A stretch of 64,000 nt of DNA. It comes from Malacoraja senta (taxonomy: Eukaryota). Location of the stretch: contig JAXLNO010000362.1 in the NCBI GenBank assembly GCA_038087875.1, positions 62,001-126,000 of the forward strand, given 5' to 3'. Shown here piece by piece: positions 36,681-50,378 of the stretch. The notes beneath the pieces are model-generated. The model worked only from the letters and a program-made list of their open reading frames with translations, made no database searches and was not told the origin of the DNA. The first letter of the stretch is position 1; each line of letters opens with the position of its first letter. The translations under genes were made by a program, and so were the position numbers.

Positions 36681-39600
36681 TGCCTAACAGCGCCAGAGAC
36701 CCAGGTTCAATCCCGACTAAAGGTGCTTGTGTGTAGGAAGTTTGTACGTGTGTGTGTGTTCCCCGAGATCTTATGTTTCCCCCTACACTCCAAAGAGGTA
36801 CAGTTTGTTGGTGAATTGGCTGAGTATAAATGTAAATAGTCCCCAGTGTGTGCTGCATAGTGTCCGCGCTGTTTCTCTAAACTAAACTAAAAAAAAATCA
36901 ATGTTGTTAATGGTTTTGCTATTAACTCTACACTCTCTCCTTGTGCCTTCAACCTCCCAAAGTGCGCACCTCACACTTGCTCGGTTTAAACTCCGTCTGC
37001 CATTTCTCCGCCCATTTCTGCATCTGATTTTCATCCCACCGTATCTTCCGACAGTTTACTCACTGTCTACAACTCCTCCAATCTTGGTGTTGTCAGCAAA
37101 CTCACTCAGCCACAGATTGCCAGCATCTTCACACATGCGCTCTGACGGTGAGGAACAGCGCCCCCATGTGGTCGTGGACATTTCTGCCGCTGTAAATAGA
37201 ATACAGCACCTGAGTTCACCGTGTTACTGTGAATGTCGGAGTGGTCACTGCCGAACCCGTCTCTCTCTCAACGCCACGCACACTATCTACTCGTGCTGCC
37301 TCCTTCAGTGAGCTGTGAACCTGGACTCCGAGATCCCGTTGCACATCAATGCTGTCAATGAAGAAGGAACTTGACCCGAAATGTCACCCATTCCTTCTCG
37401 GTCCAGTATGAATATTGATTTCTGTAAATTAGTGTAACACCTGCATTCCCTCTCGCCACCCTCCCCCATCCTAGTCGCACCAGTTTCTCGTTCTCACCTA
37501 AGACAGCCAACATTATTTCCTTCATCATCGTTACCTTTTTTGCATATCTTTCATTCATTTGTTCTATATCTCTCTACTTCACCGTCTATATCTCCCGTTT
37601 CCCTCTCCCCTGATTCAGTCTGAAGAATAGTCTCAACCCAAAATGTCACCCATTCCTTCTCTCCAGAGATGCTACCTGTCCCAATGAGTTACTCCATCAT
37701 TTTGTGTCTATCGTTGGTTTAAACCAGCATCTGCAGTTCCTTCCTACACTGTTAATGGTTTAGTTTAGTTTAGTTTAGAGATACAGCGCAGAAACAGGCC
37801 CTTCGGCCCACTGTGTCCGCACTAACCAGCGATCCCCGCACACTAACACTATCCTACACTAGGAACGATTTTAACTTTTATACCAAGACAATTAATGTAT
37901 ATAATGGCAGCTTGTTCCACATACCTTCCTCCCAGTGAGTGAAACAGTTGCTCCTCAAGTTTCTATTTAATCTTTACCCGCTCACCTTAAACCCAAGTCC
38001 TCTGGTTCTTGAATCCCCAACCCTGACAAATAAAACGTTGGTGGGGGCGCTGCGAGACGGCTGCCCTGCCACCAGCGTGCTAGTCATTTCTACTTTTTTT
38101 TGTTATTTTAGTATGTCCAAATGTGTGTTTTAATGTCTCTCGGTGTGTCTTGTGTAGGGGGTGGTGAGGGGGTGTAAGGGGGGAACAGTTTTCGGTCGCC
38201 TCCTCCACGGAGAGGTAAATGTTTCCATGTCGCCTCCCTCACGGCCTAACACCAAGGATTGGTGCGGCCTTTCCCGGAGTCGGGCCCGGAGCTTCAGCAG
38301 CGGGCGCAGAATGGACTTTTTCATCGCGGGGCCAGGGATCGCTAGAAGGGAGTGCTCTGATCACTGGCCCGCTGCAGCCTGAAGCGCGGCAGTCTGCGGA
38401 GCTTCCAGCTGGTGCGAGGTCCGGAGCCTGGGATCCCTCGTTGGGGATCCCAGAGGAGAAGAGCTCCGACCACCGGCCTGCGGCCTACAACATCTTGAAG
38501 CTGCGTTCTGCGGTGCTTCTAACCGCGGCACGGCGGGGACTTAGATCTTCGGCCGCCAGCTTGCGGCTTACATCAAATTGAAGCCGCGGTAGGGAAGCAC
38601 CAATTCGGGACTTACTTTACCTGTACATCTGGCCACCCGCAGCGGCAACTGCGGAGGAAAATGGAGGAGGACTGACTGAACTTTGTGCCTTCCACCACTG
38701 TGATGAATGCTGTGGTGGATGTTTGTGTTAAATGTTTATTGTGTATTGTGTGTTCTTTTTTATTGTACCGCTGCTGGCAAGTTCATTTCACTGCACTTTA
38801 TAGTGTATGTGATGAATAAATCTGACTATCGACTATTGACTGGGTAAAACATGCTGTGCATTCGGGCAGGAGGCAAGGTGGAGTAGCGGTAGAGCTACCA
38901 CATTACAGCACCAGAGACCCAGCTTCGATCTTAACTACGGGTGCTTGTCTGTACGGGTGCTTGTTTGTACCATCTCCCCGTGACCTGCGTGTATTTTCCC
39001 CGAGTTATTCGGTTTCCTCCCACATTCCAGTTTTGTAGGTCAATTGGCTTGGTATAAATGCAAATTGTCCCTACTGAGTGTAGGATAGTGCTGGGACTGA
39101 TGGGCGGCGCAGACTCGGTGGGATGAAGGGCCTGTTTCCGCGCTGTATCTTCAAACTAAACTAATTTATTTATTTATTTATTTTAAATTTTTATTAGAAG
39201 CAGTGTACAAAAGTATAAACCGCAGCATCACATAATACATATCAGATAATACATTTATTCTACTGCTTCAATTTTAATTTTTAGCTAAGATGAAATAGAA
39301 AAAGAGAGAAAAAAGCAAGAAAGAGAGAAAATGAAAGAGGAAGTGAATGTGTAAGAATAGAATCCCTAGACTACCAAATAAGTGCAGTCGAAGAGTGAGG
39401 AAGTAAAAAAAAAAGAGAGAAACGTCAAAAAATAAAAAGACAAAATCAGAAAGAAAAACAAAGAGTGATGATATACCCACTTCTTATCTCTCCCCACCCA
39501 TCACCCAACCCGTAAATCTGTTTAATTCCGAAGTTGTGTTGCACCATACTATCCTTGTAATTAATTAAACTAAATTTATAGCATTAAATATGTTTTTTTT

Positions 39601-39974
39601 GGTGTTCATGTATAAATGTGAGAGCAATTTGTACTTATTTGTTACTTAGTTTAGCTTAGAGATACAGCGCGGTGACAGGCCCTTCAGCCCACCGAGTCCA
39701 CGGTGACCTGCGATCCCCGCACATTAACACTGCCACACACACTATGGACAATTGTACATTTATACCAAGCCAATTAATCACAAACCTGTACGTCTTTGGA
39801 GTGTGGGAGGAAACAAGCACCCGGAGAAATCCTACGCAGTCATGCGGAGAAACCCATAAATATACTGCACTGTGCCATCAGCAGATGAGATAAATCACCC
39901 CGAAGTCCTGGTCGTTGTAGCCGGAGACTTCCGGGCCGTACTGCCAAAGTACAACCAGCATGTCTCTTGTCTGG

Positions 39975-41005
39975 AGGGTAGCTAATGTTATTCCACTTTT
40001 TAAGAAAACGGAATTATAGACCAGTTAGCCTGACATCGGTGGTGGGGAAGATCCTGGAGTCAATTTTAAAAGATGAAACAGGATCGGTCAGAGTCAGCAT
40101 GGATCAACGAAGGGAAAATGATGCTTGAGTAATCTTCTGGAATTTTTTGAAGATGTAACTAGGAAAATGGACAAGGGAGAGCCAGTGGATGTAGTGTACC
40201 TGGACTTTCAGAGAGCCTTTGATAACGTTCCACGTAGGAGATTAGTGGGCAAAATTAGAGCATATGGTATTGGGGGTAGAGTACTGACATGGATAGAAAA
40301 TTGATTGGCAGACAGGAAACAAAGAGTAGGGATTAACGGGTACCTTTCAGAATGGCAGGCAGTGACTAGTGGGGTACCGTGATGCTCGATGCTAGGAACG
40401 CAGCTATTTACAATATACATTAAGGATTTAGATGAAGGGATTAAAAGTAACATTAATAAATTTGCAGATGACACAAAGCTGGGTGGCAGTGTGAATTGTG
40501 AGGAAGATGCTATAAGGATGCAGGGTGACGTGGACAGGTTGGGTGTGTGGGCAGATGCATGGAAGATGCAGTTTAATGTGGATAAATGTGAGGTCATCCT
40601 CTATGGTGGGAAGAACAGGAAGGCAGATTATTATCGGAATGGTATTAAGGTAGGAAAAGGGGAAGTACAACGAGATCTGGGTGTCCTTGGAGAGTCACTG
40701 AAAGTAAGCATGCAGGTAGAGCAAGCAGTGAAGAAAGCTAATGGCATGTTGGCCTTCATAACAAGATGAGTTGAATATAGGAGCAAATTGTACAGGGCCC
40801 TAGTCAGACCACACCTGGAGTATTGTGTGAGTATTTGGTCTCCAAATTTGAGGAAGGACATTCTTACTGTTGAGGGAGTGCAGCATTGGTTCACAAGGAT
40901 AATTCCAAGGATGGCAGGACTGTCAAATTTTGAAAGAATGGAGCGACTGGGCTTGTCTACACTGGAATGTAGAAGGATGAGAGGGCATCTTATTGAAACA
41001 TAAAA
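39975..41005 (+). mobile_element. CR1 RT fragment (mirror of 2840-3870)
   Basis: [22 protein letters not shown]. Confidence 0.9.
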
Positions 41006-44000
41006 GATTATTAAGTGATAGAAACATAGAAAACAGGTGCAGGAGTAGGCCATTCGGCCCCTCGAGCCTGCACCGCCATTCAATATGATCATGGCTGATC
41101 ATCCAACTCAGTATCCTGTTCCTGCCTTCTCTCCATACCCCCTGATCCCTTTAGCCACAAGGGCCACATCTAACTCCCTCTTAAATATAGCCAATGAACT
41201 GGCCTCAACTACCTTCTGTGGCGGAGAATTCCAGAGATTCACCACTCTGTGTGAAAAAATGTTTTTCTCATCTCGGTCCTAAAAGATTTCCCCCTTATCC
41301 TTAAACTGTGACCCCTTGTTCTGGACTTCCCCAACATCGGGAACAATCTTCCTGAATCTAGCCTGTTCAACAGCTTAAGAATTTTGTAAGTTTCTATAAG
41401 ATCCCCCCTCAATCTTCTAAATTCTAGCGAGTACAAGCCGAGTCTATCCAGTCTTTCTTCATATGAAAGTCCTGACATCCCAGGAATCAGTCTGGTGAAC
41501 CTTCTCTGTACTCCCTCTATGGCAAGAATATCTTTCCTCAGATTTGGAAACCAAAACTGTACGCAATACTCCTGGTGTGCTCTCACCAAGACCCTGTACA
41601 ACTGCAGTAGAACATCCCTGCTCCTATACCCAAATCCTTTTGCTATGAATGCTAACATACCATTCGCTTTCTTCACTGCCTGCTGCACCTGCATGCCTAC
41701 TTGCAATGACTGGTGTACCATGACACCCAGGTCTCGTTGCATCTTCCCTTTTCCTAATCGGCCACCATTCAGATAATAGTCTACTTTCGTGTTTTTGCCA
41801 CCAAAGTGGATAACCTCACATTTATCCACATTATACTGCATCTGCCATGCATTTGCCCACTCACCCAGCCTATCCTTGCAGCCTCCTAGCATCCTCCTCA
41901 CAGCTAACACTGCCCCCCAGCTTCGTATCATCCGCAAACTTGGAGATGTTGCATTCAATTCCCTCGTCCAAATCATTAATATATATTGTAAATAGCTGGG
42001 GTCCCGGCACTGAGCCCTGCGGTATCCCACTAGTCACTGCCTGCCATTCTGAAAAGGACCCGTTTACTCCTACTCTTTGCTTCCTGTTTGCCAGCCAGTT
42101 CTCTATCCACATCAATACTGAATCCCCAATACCGTGTGCTTTAAGTTTGTATACTAATCTCTTACGTGGGACCTTGTCGAAAGCCTTCTGAAAGTCCAGA
42201 TATCCACTTATCCACTTATCCACTTATCCACTCCCTTATCCACTCTACTAGTTACATCCTCGAAAAATTCTGTAAGATTCGTCAGACATGATTTACCTTT
42301 CGTAAATCCATGCTGACTTTGTCCAATGATTTCACCGCTTTTCAAATGTGCTGCTATCCCATCTTTAATAAATGACTAGCATTTCCCCCACTACCGATGT
42401 TAGACTAACTGGTCTGTAATTCCCTGTTTTCTCTCTCCCTCCCTTTTTAAAAAAGTGGGGTTGCATTAGCTACCCTCCAATCCCCAGGAACTACTCCAGA
42501 ATCTAAAGACTTTTGAAAAATGATCACTAATGCTTCTACTATTTCTGGGGCTACTTCCTTAAGTACTTTGGGATGCAGGCGATCTGGCCCTGGGGATTTA
42601 TCAGGCCTTTAATCCATTCAATTTACCTAACACCACTTCCCGGCTAACCTGGATTTCACTCAGTTCCTCCATCTCATTTGAGCCCCGGTCCCCTGCTATT
42701 TCCGGCAGATTATGTATGTCTTCCTTAGCGAAGAGAGAACCAAAGTAGTTATTCAATTGGTCTGCCATGTCCTTGTTCACCATGATCAATTCACCTGTTT
42801 CTGACTGCAAGGGACCTACATTTGTTTTGTTTATCTAATCTTTTTCTCTTCACATATCTATAAAACCTTTGGCAGTCAGTTTTTATGTTCCCTGCCAGTT
42901 TTCTTTCATAATCTATTTTCCCTTTCCTAATTAAGCCCTTTGTCCTCCTCTGTTGGACTCAATTTCTCCCAGTCCTCTGGTAGGCTGCTTTTTCTGGCTA
43001 ATTTGTATGCTTCATCTTTTGTTTTGATACTCTCCCTGATTTCCCTTGTTATCCATGGATGCACTACCTTCCCTGATTTATTATTTTGCCAAACTGGGAT
43101 GAACAATTGTTGTAGTTCATCCATGCAGTCTTTAAATGCCTTCCATTGCACATCCACCGTCAACCCTTTAAGAATCAATTGCCAGTCTATCTTGGCCAAT
43201 TCACGTCTCATACCCTCAAAGTTACCTTTCTTTAAGTTCAGAACCCATGTTTCTGAATTAATTATGTCACTCTCCATCCTAATGAAGAACTCAACCATAT
43301 TATGGTCACTCTTGCCCAAGGGGCCACGCACAACAAGACTGCTATCTAACCCATCCTCATTACTCAATACCCAGTCTAGAATAGCCTGCTCTCTCGTTGG
43401 TTCCTCTACATGTTGGTTTAGAAAACTATCCCACATACATTCCATGAAATCCTCTTCCTCAGCACCCCTGCCAATTTGATTCACCCAATCTATATGTAGA
43501 TTGAAGTCACCCATTATAACTGTTTTACCTTTGTTGCACGCATTTCTAAATTCCTGTTTGATGCCATCCCCAACTCCACTGCTACTGTTAGGTGGCCTGT
43601 ACACAACTCCCACTAGCGTTTTCTGCCCCTTAGTGTTTCGCAGCTCTACCCATATCAATTCCACATCTTCCAAATTAATGTCCTTCCTTTCTATTGCGTT
43701 AATCTCCTCTCTAACCAGCAACGCTACCCCACCTCCTTTTCCTTTCTGTCTATCCCTCCTGAATATTGAATATCCCTGGATGTTCAGCTCCCAGCCTTGG
43801 TCACCCTGGAGCCATGTCTCCGTGATCCCAACTATATCATAGTCATTAATAGCTATCTGCACATTCAACTCATCCACCTTATTACGAATGCTCCTTGCAT
43901 TGAGATACAAAGCCTTCAGGTTTGTTTTTACAACACCCTTTTTGATTTTTGCCCTGGATTTGTCTGCCTGCCACTTTTACTTTTCACCTTGCTACCTATT

Positions 44001-44526
44001 GCTTCTACCCTCATTTTACACCCCTCTGTCTCTCTGCTCACACATTTTAGAAACCCACCACTAATTCTCAGTTTATTATTTTTTTCTTCTTTCCCCCCTA
44101 CATGTTGGGTCTGAGTGCTTCCCTTCTCTGCCTCCTGCCTCACACACTGTCTACTAGCTTTCTCTATTTGAGTCCCTCCCCCCAACCGTTCTAGTTTAAA
44201 GTCTCCCCAGTAGCCTTTACAAATCTCCCCACCAGGATATTGGTCCCTGCTCGGGTTCAAGTGCAACCCGTCCTTTTGGTACAGGTCACACCTTTCCCAA
44301 AAGAGGTCCCAATGATCCAGAAACTTGAATACCTGCCCTCTGCACCAGTCCTTCAGTCACGCATTTATCCTCCACCTCGCTCCATTCCTACTCTCACTGT
44401 TGCGTGGTACAGGCAGTAATTCTGAGATTGTTACCTTTGCGGTCCTTCTCCTTAACTCTCCTCCTAACTCCCTAAATTCTCCTTTCAGGACCTCTTCTCT
44501 TTTTCTACCTATGTCATTGGTACCTA

Positions 44527-46132
44527 CAGTGGCTTGACCACTTGAACTTTTCCACATTTTGTCACGTCACAACCACAAATGTAAATGTATTTTATTGGGA
44601 TTTTATGTGATAGACCAACACAAAGTGGCACATAATTGTGAAGTGGAAGGAAAATGATACATGGTTTTCAAATTTTTTTACAAATAAAAAACTGAAAAGT
44701 GTTGCGTGCAAAAGTATTCAGCCCCCTTTACTCTGATACCCCTAAATAAAACCCAGTGCAACCAATTGCCTTCAGAAGTCACCTAATTAGTAAATAGTGT
44801 CCACTTGTGTGTAATCTAATCTAATCTCAGTATAAATACAGCTGTTCTGTGAAGGCCTCAGAGGTTTGTTAGAGAACATTAGTGAACAAACAGCATCACG
44901 AAGCCCAAGGAACACACTAGACAGGTCAGGGATAAAGTTGTGGAGAAGTTTAAAGCAGGGTTAGGTTATAAAAAAATATCCCAAGCTTTGAACATCTCAC
45001 AGAGCACTGTTCAATCCATCATCCGAAAATGGAAAGAATATGGCACAACTGCAAACCTACCAAGACATGGCCGTCCACCTAAACTGACAGGCCGGGCAAG
45101 GAGAATATTGATCAGAGAAGCACCCAAGAGGCCCATGGTAACTCTGGAGGAGCTGCAGAGATCCACAGCTCAGGTGGGTGAATCTGTCCACAGGACAACT
45201 ATTAGTCGTGCACTCCACAAATCGGGCCTTTATGGAAGAGTGGCAAGAAGAAAGCCATGGTTGAAAAAAAGCCATAAGAAGTCCCGTTTGTTGTTTGCCA
45301 CAAGCCATGTGGGGGACACAGCAAACATGTGGAGGAAGGTGCTCTGGTCAGATGAGACCAAAATTGAAGTTTTTGGCCTAAATGCAAAACGCTATGTGTG
45401 GCGGAAAACTAACACTGCACATCACCCTGAACACACCATCCCCACTGTGAAACATGGTGGTGGCAGCATCATGCTGTGGGGATGCTTTTCTTCAGCAGGG
45501 ACAGGGAAGCTGGTCAGAGTTGATGGGAAGATGGATGGAGCCAAATACAGGACAATCTTGGAAGAAAACCTGTTAGAGTCTGCAAAAGACTTGAGACTGG
45601 GGCGGAGGTTCGCCTTCCAGCAGGACAACGACCTTAAACATACAGCCAGAGCTACAATGGAATGGTTTAGATCAAAGCATATTCATGTGTGAGAATGGCC
45701 CAGTCAAAGTCCAGACCTAAATCCAATTGAGAATCTCTGGCAAGACTTGAAAATTGCTGTTCACAGATGCTCTCCATCCAATCTGACTGAGCTTGAGCTA
45801 TTTTGCAAAGAAGAATGGGCAAAAATTCCAGTCTCTAGATGTGCAAAGCTGGTAGAGACATACCACAAAAGACTTGCAGCTGTAATTGCAGTGAAAGGTG
45901 GTTCTACAAAGTATTGACTCAGGGGGGCTGAATACTTTTGCACGCGACACTTTTCAGTTTTTTATTTGTAAAAAAATTTCAAAACCATGTATCGTTTTCC
46001 TTCCACTTCACAATTATGCACCACTTTGTGTTGGTCTATCACATAAAATCCCAATAAAATACATTTACGTTTGTGGTAACGTGACAAAATGTGGAAAAGT
46101 TCAAGAGGTATGAAAACTTTTGCAAGCCACCG
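44527..46132 (+). mobile_element. Tc1/mariner transposon, IR/DR type, ~1.6 kb
   Basis: TA target duplication (44525-44526, 46133-46134). ~200-bp TIRs with inner direct repeat (tgcaaaagtattca). Left TIR has a short deletion in the outer DR. Confidence 0.97.
44898..45917 (+). pseudogene. Tc1 DD34E transposase (340 codons; start ATG>ACG, premature TGA at 45690-45692)
   Basis: GRPPK AT-hook, WSDETK, TVKHGGGSIMLWGCF, QQDND-x34-E ([11 protein letters not shown]); single frame throughout. Confidence 0.95.
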
Positions 46133-46574
46133 TATATGTACCACGACATCAGGCTCCTCTCCCTCCCATTTCAGGATATATTGGACGCGTTCAGACACAT
46201 CCCAGACCCTGGCACCAGGGAGGCAAACTACCATCCAGGTCTGCTGACTGCGTCCACAGAATCGCCTGTCTGACCCCCTAACTATAGAGTCCCCTATTTC
46301 TACTGCCCTCCTCTTCTTTTCCTTACCCTTCTGAGCAACAGGGCCGGTCTCTATACCGGAGGCCCGGCCGCTGTCGCTACCCCCAGGTAGGCTGTCACCC
46401 CCAACAGTACTCAAACTGGAGTACTTATTGCCAAGGTGTACAGTCACCGGGGTACTCACTAGTCCCTGCCTCTGCCCCTTGCCCCTCCTAACCGTGACCT
46501 ACTTGCCTGCCTCCCGTGGTCTTGGAGTGACCACCTCTCTGTAACTCCTCTCTATGAGCTCCACGCTCTGGACA

Positions 46575-46935
46575 TGCTAGAGGCATTGGACATGCTAGAG
46601 GCAAGAAACATGTTCCCAATGTTGGGGGAGTCCAGAACCAGGGACCACAGTTTAAGAATAAGGGGTAGGCCACGTAGAACGGAGATGAGGAAAAACCTTT
46701 TCACCCAGCGAGTTGTGAATCTGGAATTCTCTGCCTCAGGAGGCAGTGGAGGGCAATTCTCTGGATATTTTCAATAGAGAGTTAGATAGAGCTCTTAAAG
46801 ATAGCGGAGTCAAGGGATATGGGGAGAAGGCAGGAATGGGGTACTGATTGTGGATGATCAGCCACGATGACAGTGAATGGCGGTGCTGGCTCGAAGGGCC
46901 GAATGGCCTACTCCTGCACCTATTGTCTATTGTCC
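46575..46935 (+). mobile_element. CR1 3' end fragment
   Basis: MFPMLGESRTRDHSLRIRG plus CR1 3' UTR and (ctattgt)n tail. Confidence 0.85.
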
Positions 46936-47151
46936 CTTGTCTATTGACTATAAACACATACCTAGTGTGAACGGGTCATGGATGGTCATCGCGGACTGGG
47001 TGGGCAGAAGGGCCTGTTTCCACGTTGTATCTCTAAACTAAACTAAACTGACCCATTGAGTTACTCCAGCTTTTTGTGTTCATCTTTGGTTTAAACCAGC
47101 ATCTGTGGTTCCTTGCTCAACTAAATTCACCCTCTCAACTTTAAACCCTCG

Positions 47152-49026
47152 TGATAACAGACCTTTTTATGACAGATTGTCGAGTGTCCAACCGTTATGT
47201 ACAAACGCTGTATTTATTAAGACATTACAGGTTTGGCATACACACGTGTTTGGTACACTCTGACACAAAGTCATTGTTGCTGCTGCCGAGCGAGATTGTT
47301 AACATGCGATCTCGAGTTACGTTTCTGCTGTTGTAGGACCCACCCCTTAACTGATGAAGTTCTCCTCCTGCCAAAAGCAGTCACATGACTGTTCCAGTTG
47401 TGGTGACGAGGGTTCGATCAGTAAGTGGCTTGACCACCAGGTGGCACCACATGACTCCAGAACCAGAGGAATGAAAACGAGCAGGCAGACGAAACGCGAC
47501 GGCCTGAACTTGTAAACACAACACGCGCGCTCGGAAACACAACCGGCAAAGATGAGAGCGGAAGCGGGCGGAACGCAGACAGTCCCGACGGCGTCGCTGG
47601 GTCTCCTGTACGGGCTGACCAATATCCTAAATGAGTGGGCTGAAGACGAGCCACCCATGTCGAGCACAAAAGTCACATTAGGTAGACGCGCAGGCAGTAC
47701 TTGAGGGCAGAAGCGGGCGGGACAGTGAAACAGAAAAGAGCGAGCCCACCTTCATCCGGAAGGTGCACCAGCATGGTTGAGGGCGGCTCCTGCTGTGGGT
47801 CAAGACTGTGGGGCCCGCGGGCACAGTCGGCACTTTGGCTGTGGGCCCTCCCGGCCGTGGGATGCAAGGAGACCAAAGCAAACCTGCAGAAGGGGTGAGA
47901 CCCTGTCCCTTCTCATCGACCAACTGGTTGTGTGCCAAGGAAAAAAAAATCATCGCCCAGCAGTGGCTGTGAGACGTCAGCAATAACGAAAGAACAAGGA
48001 AAAGCAACAGGAGTCGAAAATGCAAAAAATCTGTGCAAACACCGGATGTCCGGATGGGATGCAGTTGACGGAGGTCAGAGCAAGGCCCGGCAGCCCAGAA
48101 CGAGCGTCGACCCCCCCAGACGGGGCAAAATGATCACCGCTGTTCCTGTGTCAACAAAGGAAAGCCTCTTGGAAACCGGTCTCCCAACAGAGAGGCGATG
48201 GTGCTGGCCGGCCGCAGCAGCCATTGCTGGTGGTTGGCCTCGATGGGCCTCGTAACTCCACCGCTGGAGATAGGAGCACCACATACCTTCGCTAGGTTTA
48301 TTCAAGACAGGCTGCACTGTCACACCCTCAGTGGAGACAGGAACTGGCGGCCGTGGGCCAGGACCGGGAGGAGCTCTATCTGTGGCCCGTCCCGGCCGTG
48401 GGCTGTAGAATCTGTCGTGGTACCGCCAACACAGGACTGACCGAGGCTCCACCCTGCTGCTGGGCCGGCCACAGCTCGACCGTACGGGCAGCCATCGGCC
48501 GGGGATTATCAAAATCCGCACTGGCGAGGAGCAGGCAGACGTAATCGGGCATCTTCCCCAGGTAAACATGCACGAACAGAAGGCAGGCCGGAGATCGTCA
48601 ATCAAGGCCTGGATCGCGCCCATTGACCTGGATGGCCTGCGATCGCCGAGACCAATCATAGACAAGAGTCGAGCGGCCCGATCACAGCGGCGGAGCCCAA
48701 AGTTACGTTACAGGAGCACGTTGAGGCTGTCACCGGCGGCATCATGCTGCAGCTCGGAGTAGTTGGCTGTATCCATAACGGAAAATACAAAATACCATTT
48801 CGGATCGTCTGGGTCACAAAATGTCCAAACGTGTGCACAAACGTTTTTATTAAGACATTACAGGTTTGGCAAACACACGTGTCATTGTTGTTGCTGTCGA
48901 GCGAGGTTGTTGACTCGTGATCTCGAGCTAAGTTTCTGCTGTTGTTGTAGGACACACCCCTTAACTGATGATCTTCTCTTCCCGCTAAACGATCAGTAAG
49001 TGGCTTGACCACCAGGTGGCGCCACA
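47152..49026 (-). mobile_element. Internally deleted Gypsy LTR retrotransposon (CsRn1-like gag and protease) with two diverged LTRs (~48770-49026, ~47152-47451)
   Basis: LTRs start TGTGG(C/T)GCCACCTGGTGG on minus strand and contain AATAAA. gag RAARLLSMIGLGDRRPS, WCSYLQRW knuckle remnant, protease FVDTG. Confidence 0.85.
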
Positions 49027-49337
49027 GATTTTGTTTCTGTCGGACAGATCTGCCGACTAATGTCGATGCTTATGCACCGCCTCCTTACTGCCTCTCGGTC
49101 TGGTATGAATATTGATTTCTCTAACTTCAAGTAACCCCTGCATTCCCTCTCTCTCCATCTCTCTCCCACCCGAGTCGCACCAGCTTCTTGTTCTCACCTA
49201 GTAAACTGCCAACAATGACTTGTTTCCTTTACCATTGTTACTATATTTGCATATCTTTCATTCATTTGTTTTATATCTCTCTACATCACCGTCCATATCT
49301 CTCGTTTCCCTCTCCCCTGACTCTCAGTCTGAAGAAG

Positions 49338-50378
49338 TAGGTATGTTACAAAACTTACCTTCAGTCGCGCTGTAATTCTGCCACTGGCCGTGTGCTCGAT
49401 TTTGGCGCATTTAAGGGGGGGCGGGGTTAAAACGCGGGTTTCTCCTCCCTTGTCCTGGTTAATATTTCGTTGGAGTACAAGCGTTTGCTGACAAATCGTT
49501 CCTAGCGGCCTTTTGTGTATTTTTTATTTTTATTAAATCGTCAATGTCAGCGCTAGAGTAACTTTAAAAGCAGCTCCTGAAGCGTCAACGCCGATAACGG
49601 GGACGGATTTCACACACGGGACAGGTAAACGAAAGTGGTTTCTTTAAATGTATAAAAGTGCTTCTTAAGAAGCCTTTAATTGACAATTTATCATGCGACA
49701 CGGTGATTTTATTCCCCAAACTAACGGCAGTATTTTTCATGCCAACACGGGGTTACATTCACCGCAAATGAACGTCCCAAAAGATCGCGTTCCAGAAATC
49801 CTCACTCACAAGATGATTTAAATGCCCATTAATTTACAGGTATTAAACATTCAATTCCTTCCATTTGGCCTGTAAATTCATGAAAATTAGATTTAAAAAT
49901 TATGTTATATTGTGAATTATTGTGTGAATGTTATTTGGACACTTAGGCTATTTAAAAATGTTAATCTATTCTTAAGAAATTGATAGATGTTTAAATCTAG
50001 TAATTGATTTTTGTAATTAGCTACAATTAGGTAACTAACTAATTATATGCTTTACTCTCATGTCTTGTAAGTAAGATTGTTTCATATTTGTTTCAGAATG
50101 CTTCAATCTATAATAACTGAACATTTCTTTCAGTTATCTTAATTTTTAAGAAAGTTATGGGCTTTTAACTGTCCTCGATCACAGCTTTTGTGTTAAGTCA
50201 ATGGAAAAACAATAGGGTACTAGATGCTAATTTCCGAGTATGAAAATGGCCATAACTTCTTTAATACTGAAGATATGAAAGTGAATTAGGTGTCAAATTA
50301 AACTTCTTTTTATGCTTTATCTGATGGGATAAAATGCAGACTTTATTTTTTAAATCTCAAAATTTTGTAACATTGCTA
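49338..50378. mobile_element. Non-autonomous DNA transposon, ~1.04 kb, TAG..CTA termini (hAT-like, tentative)
   Basis: TIRs taggtatgttacaaaa / ttttgtaacattgcta. Apparent 7-bp duplication gaagaag / aaagaag. Splits a ctgaagaagggtctcgacccgaaac repeat. Confidence 0.8.

Larger units (their letters stand above)
37731..46330. repeat. Right arm of inverted segmental duplication (includes the later Tc1 insertion)
   Basis: Reverse complement of 1-5943 joined directly to 10647-10819. Confidence 0.93.
41017..46560 (-). mobile_element. Near-full-length CR1 LINE (ORF1 esterase plus ORF2), interrupted in ORF1 by Tc1
   Basis: IGDSIVRG esterase motif (~46270-46300), 327-aa endonuclease ORF 42927-43910, RT ORFs 41239-42223, 3' tail at ~41020. 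Confidence 0.95.

Noticed and set aside
42940..43842. Plus-strand ORFs of 179 and 113 aa (and similar ones at 903-1244, 1636-2040)
   Set aside because: Antisense shadows of CR1 ORF2
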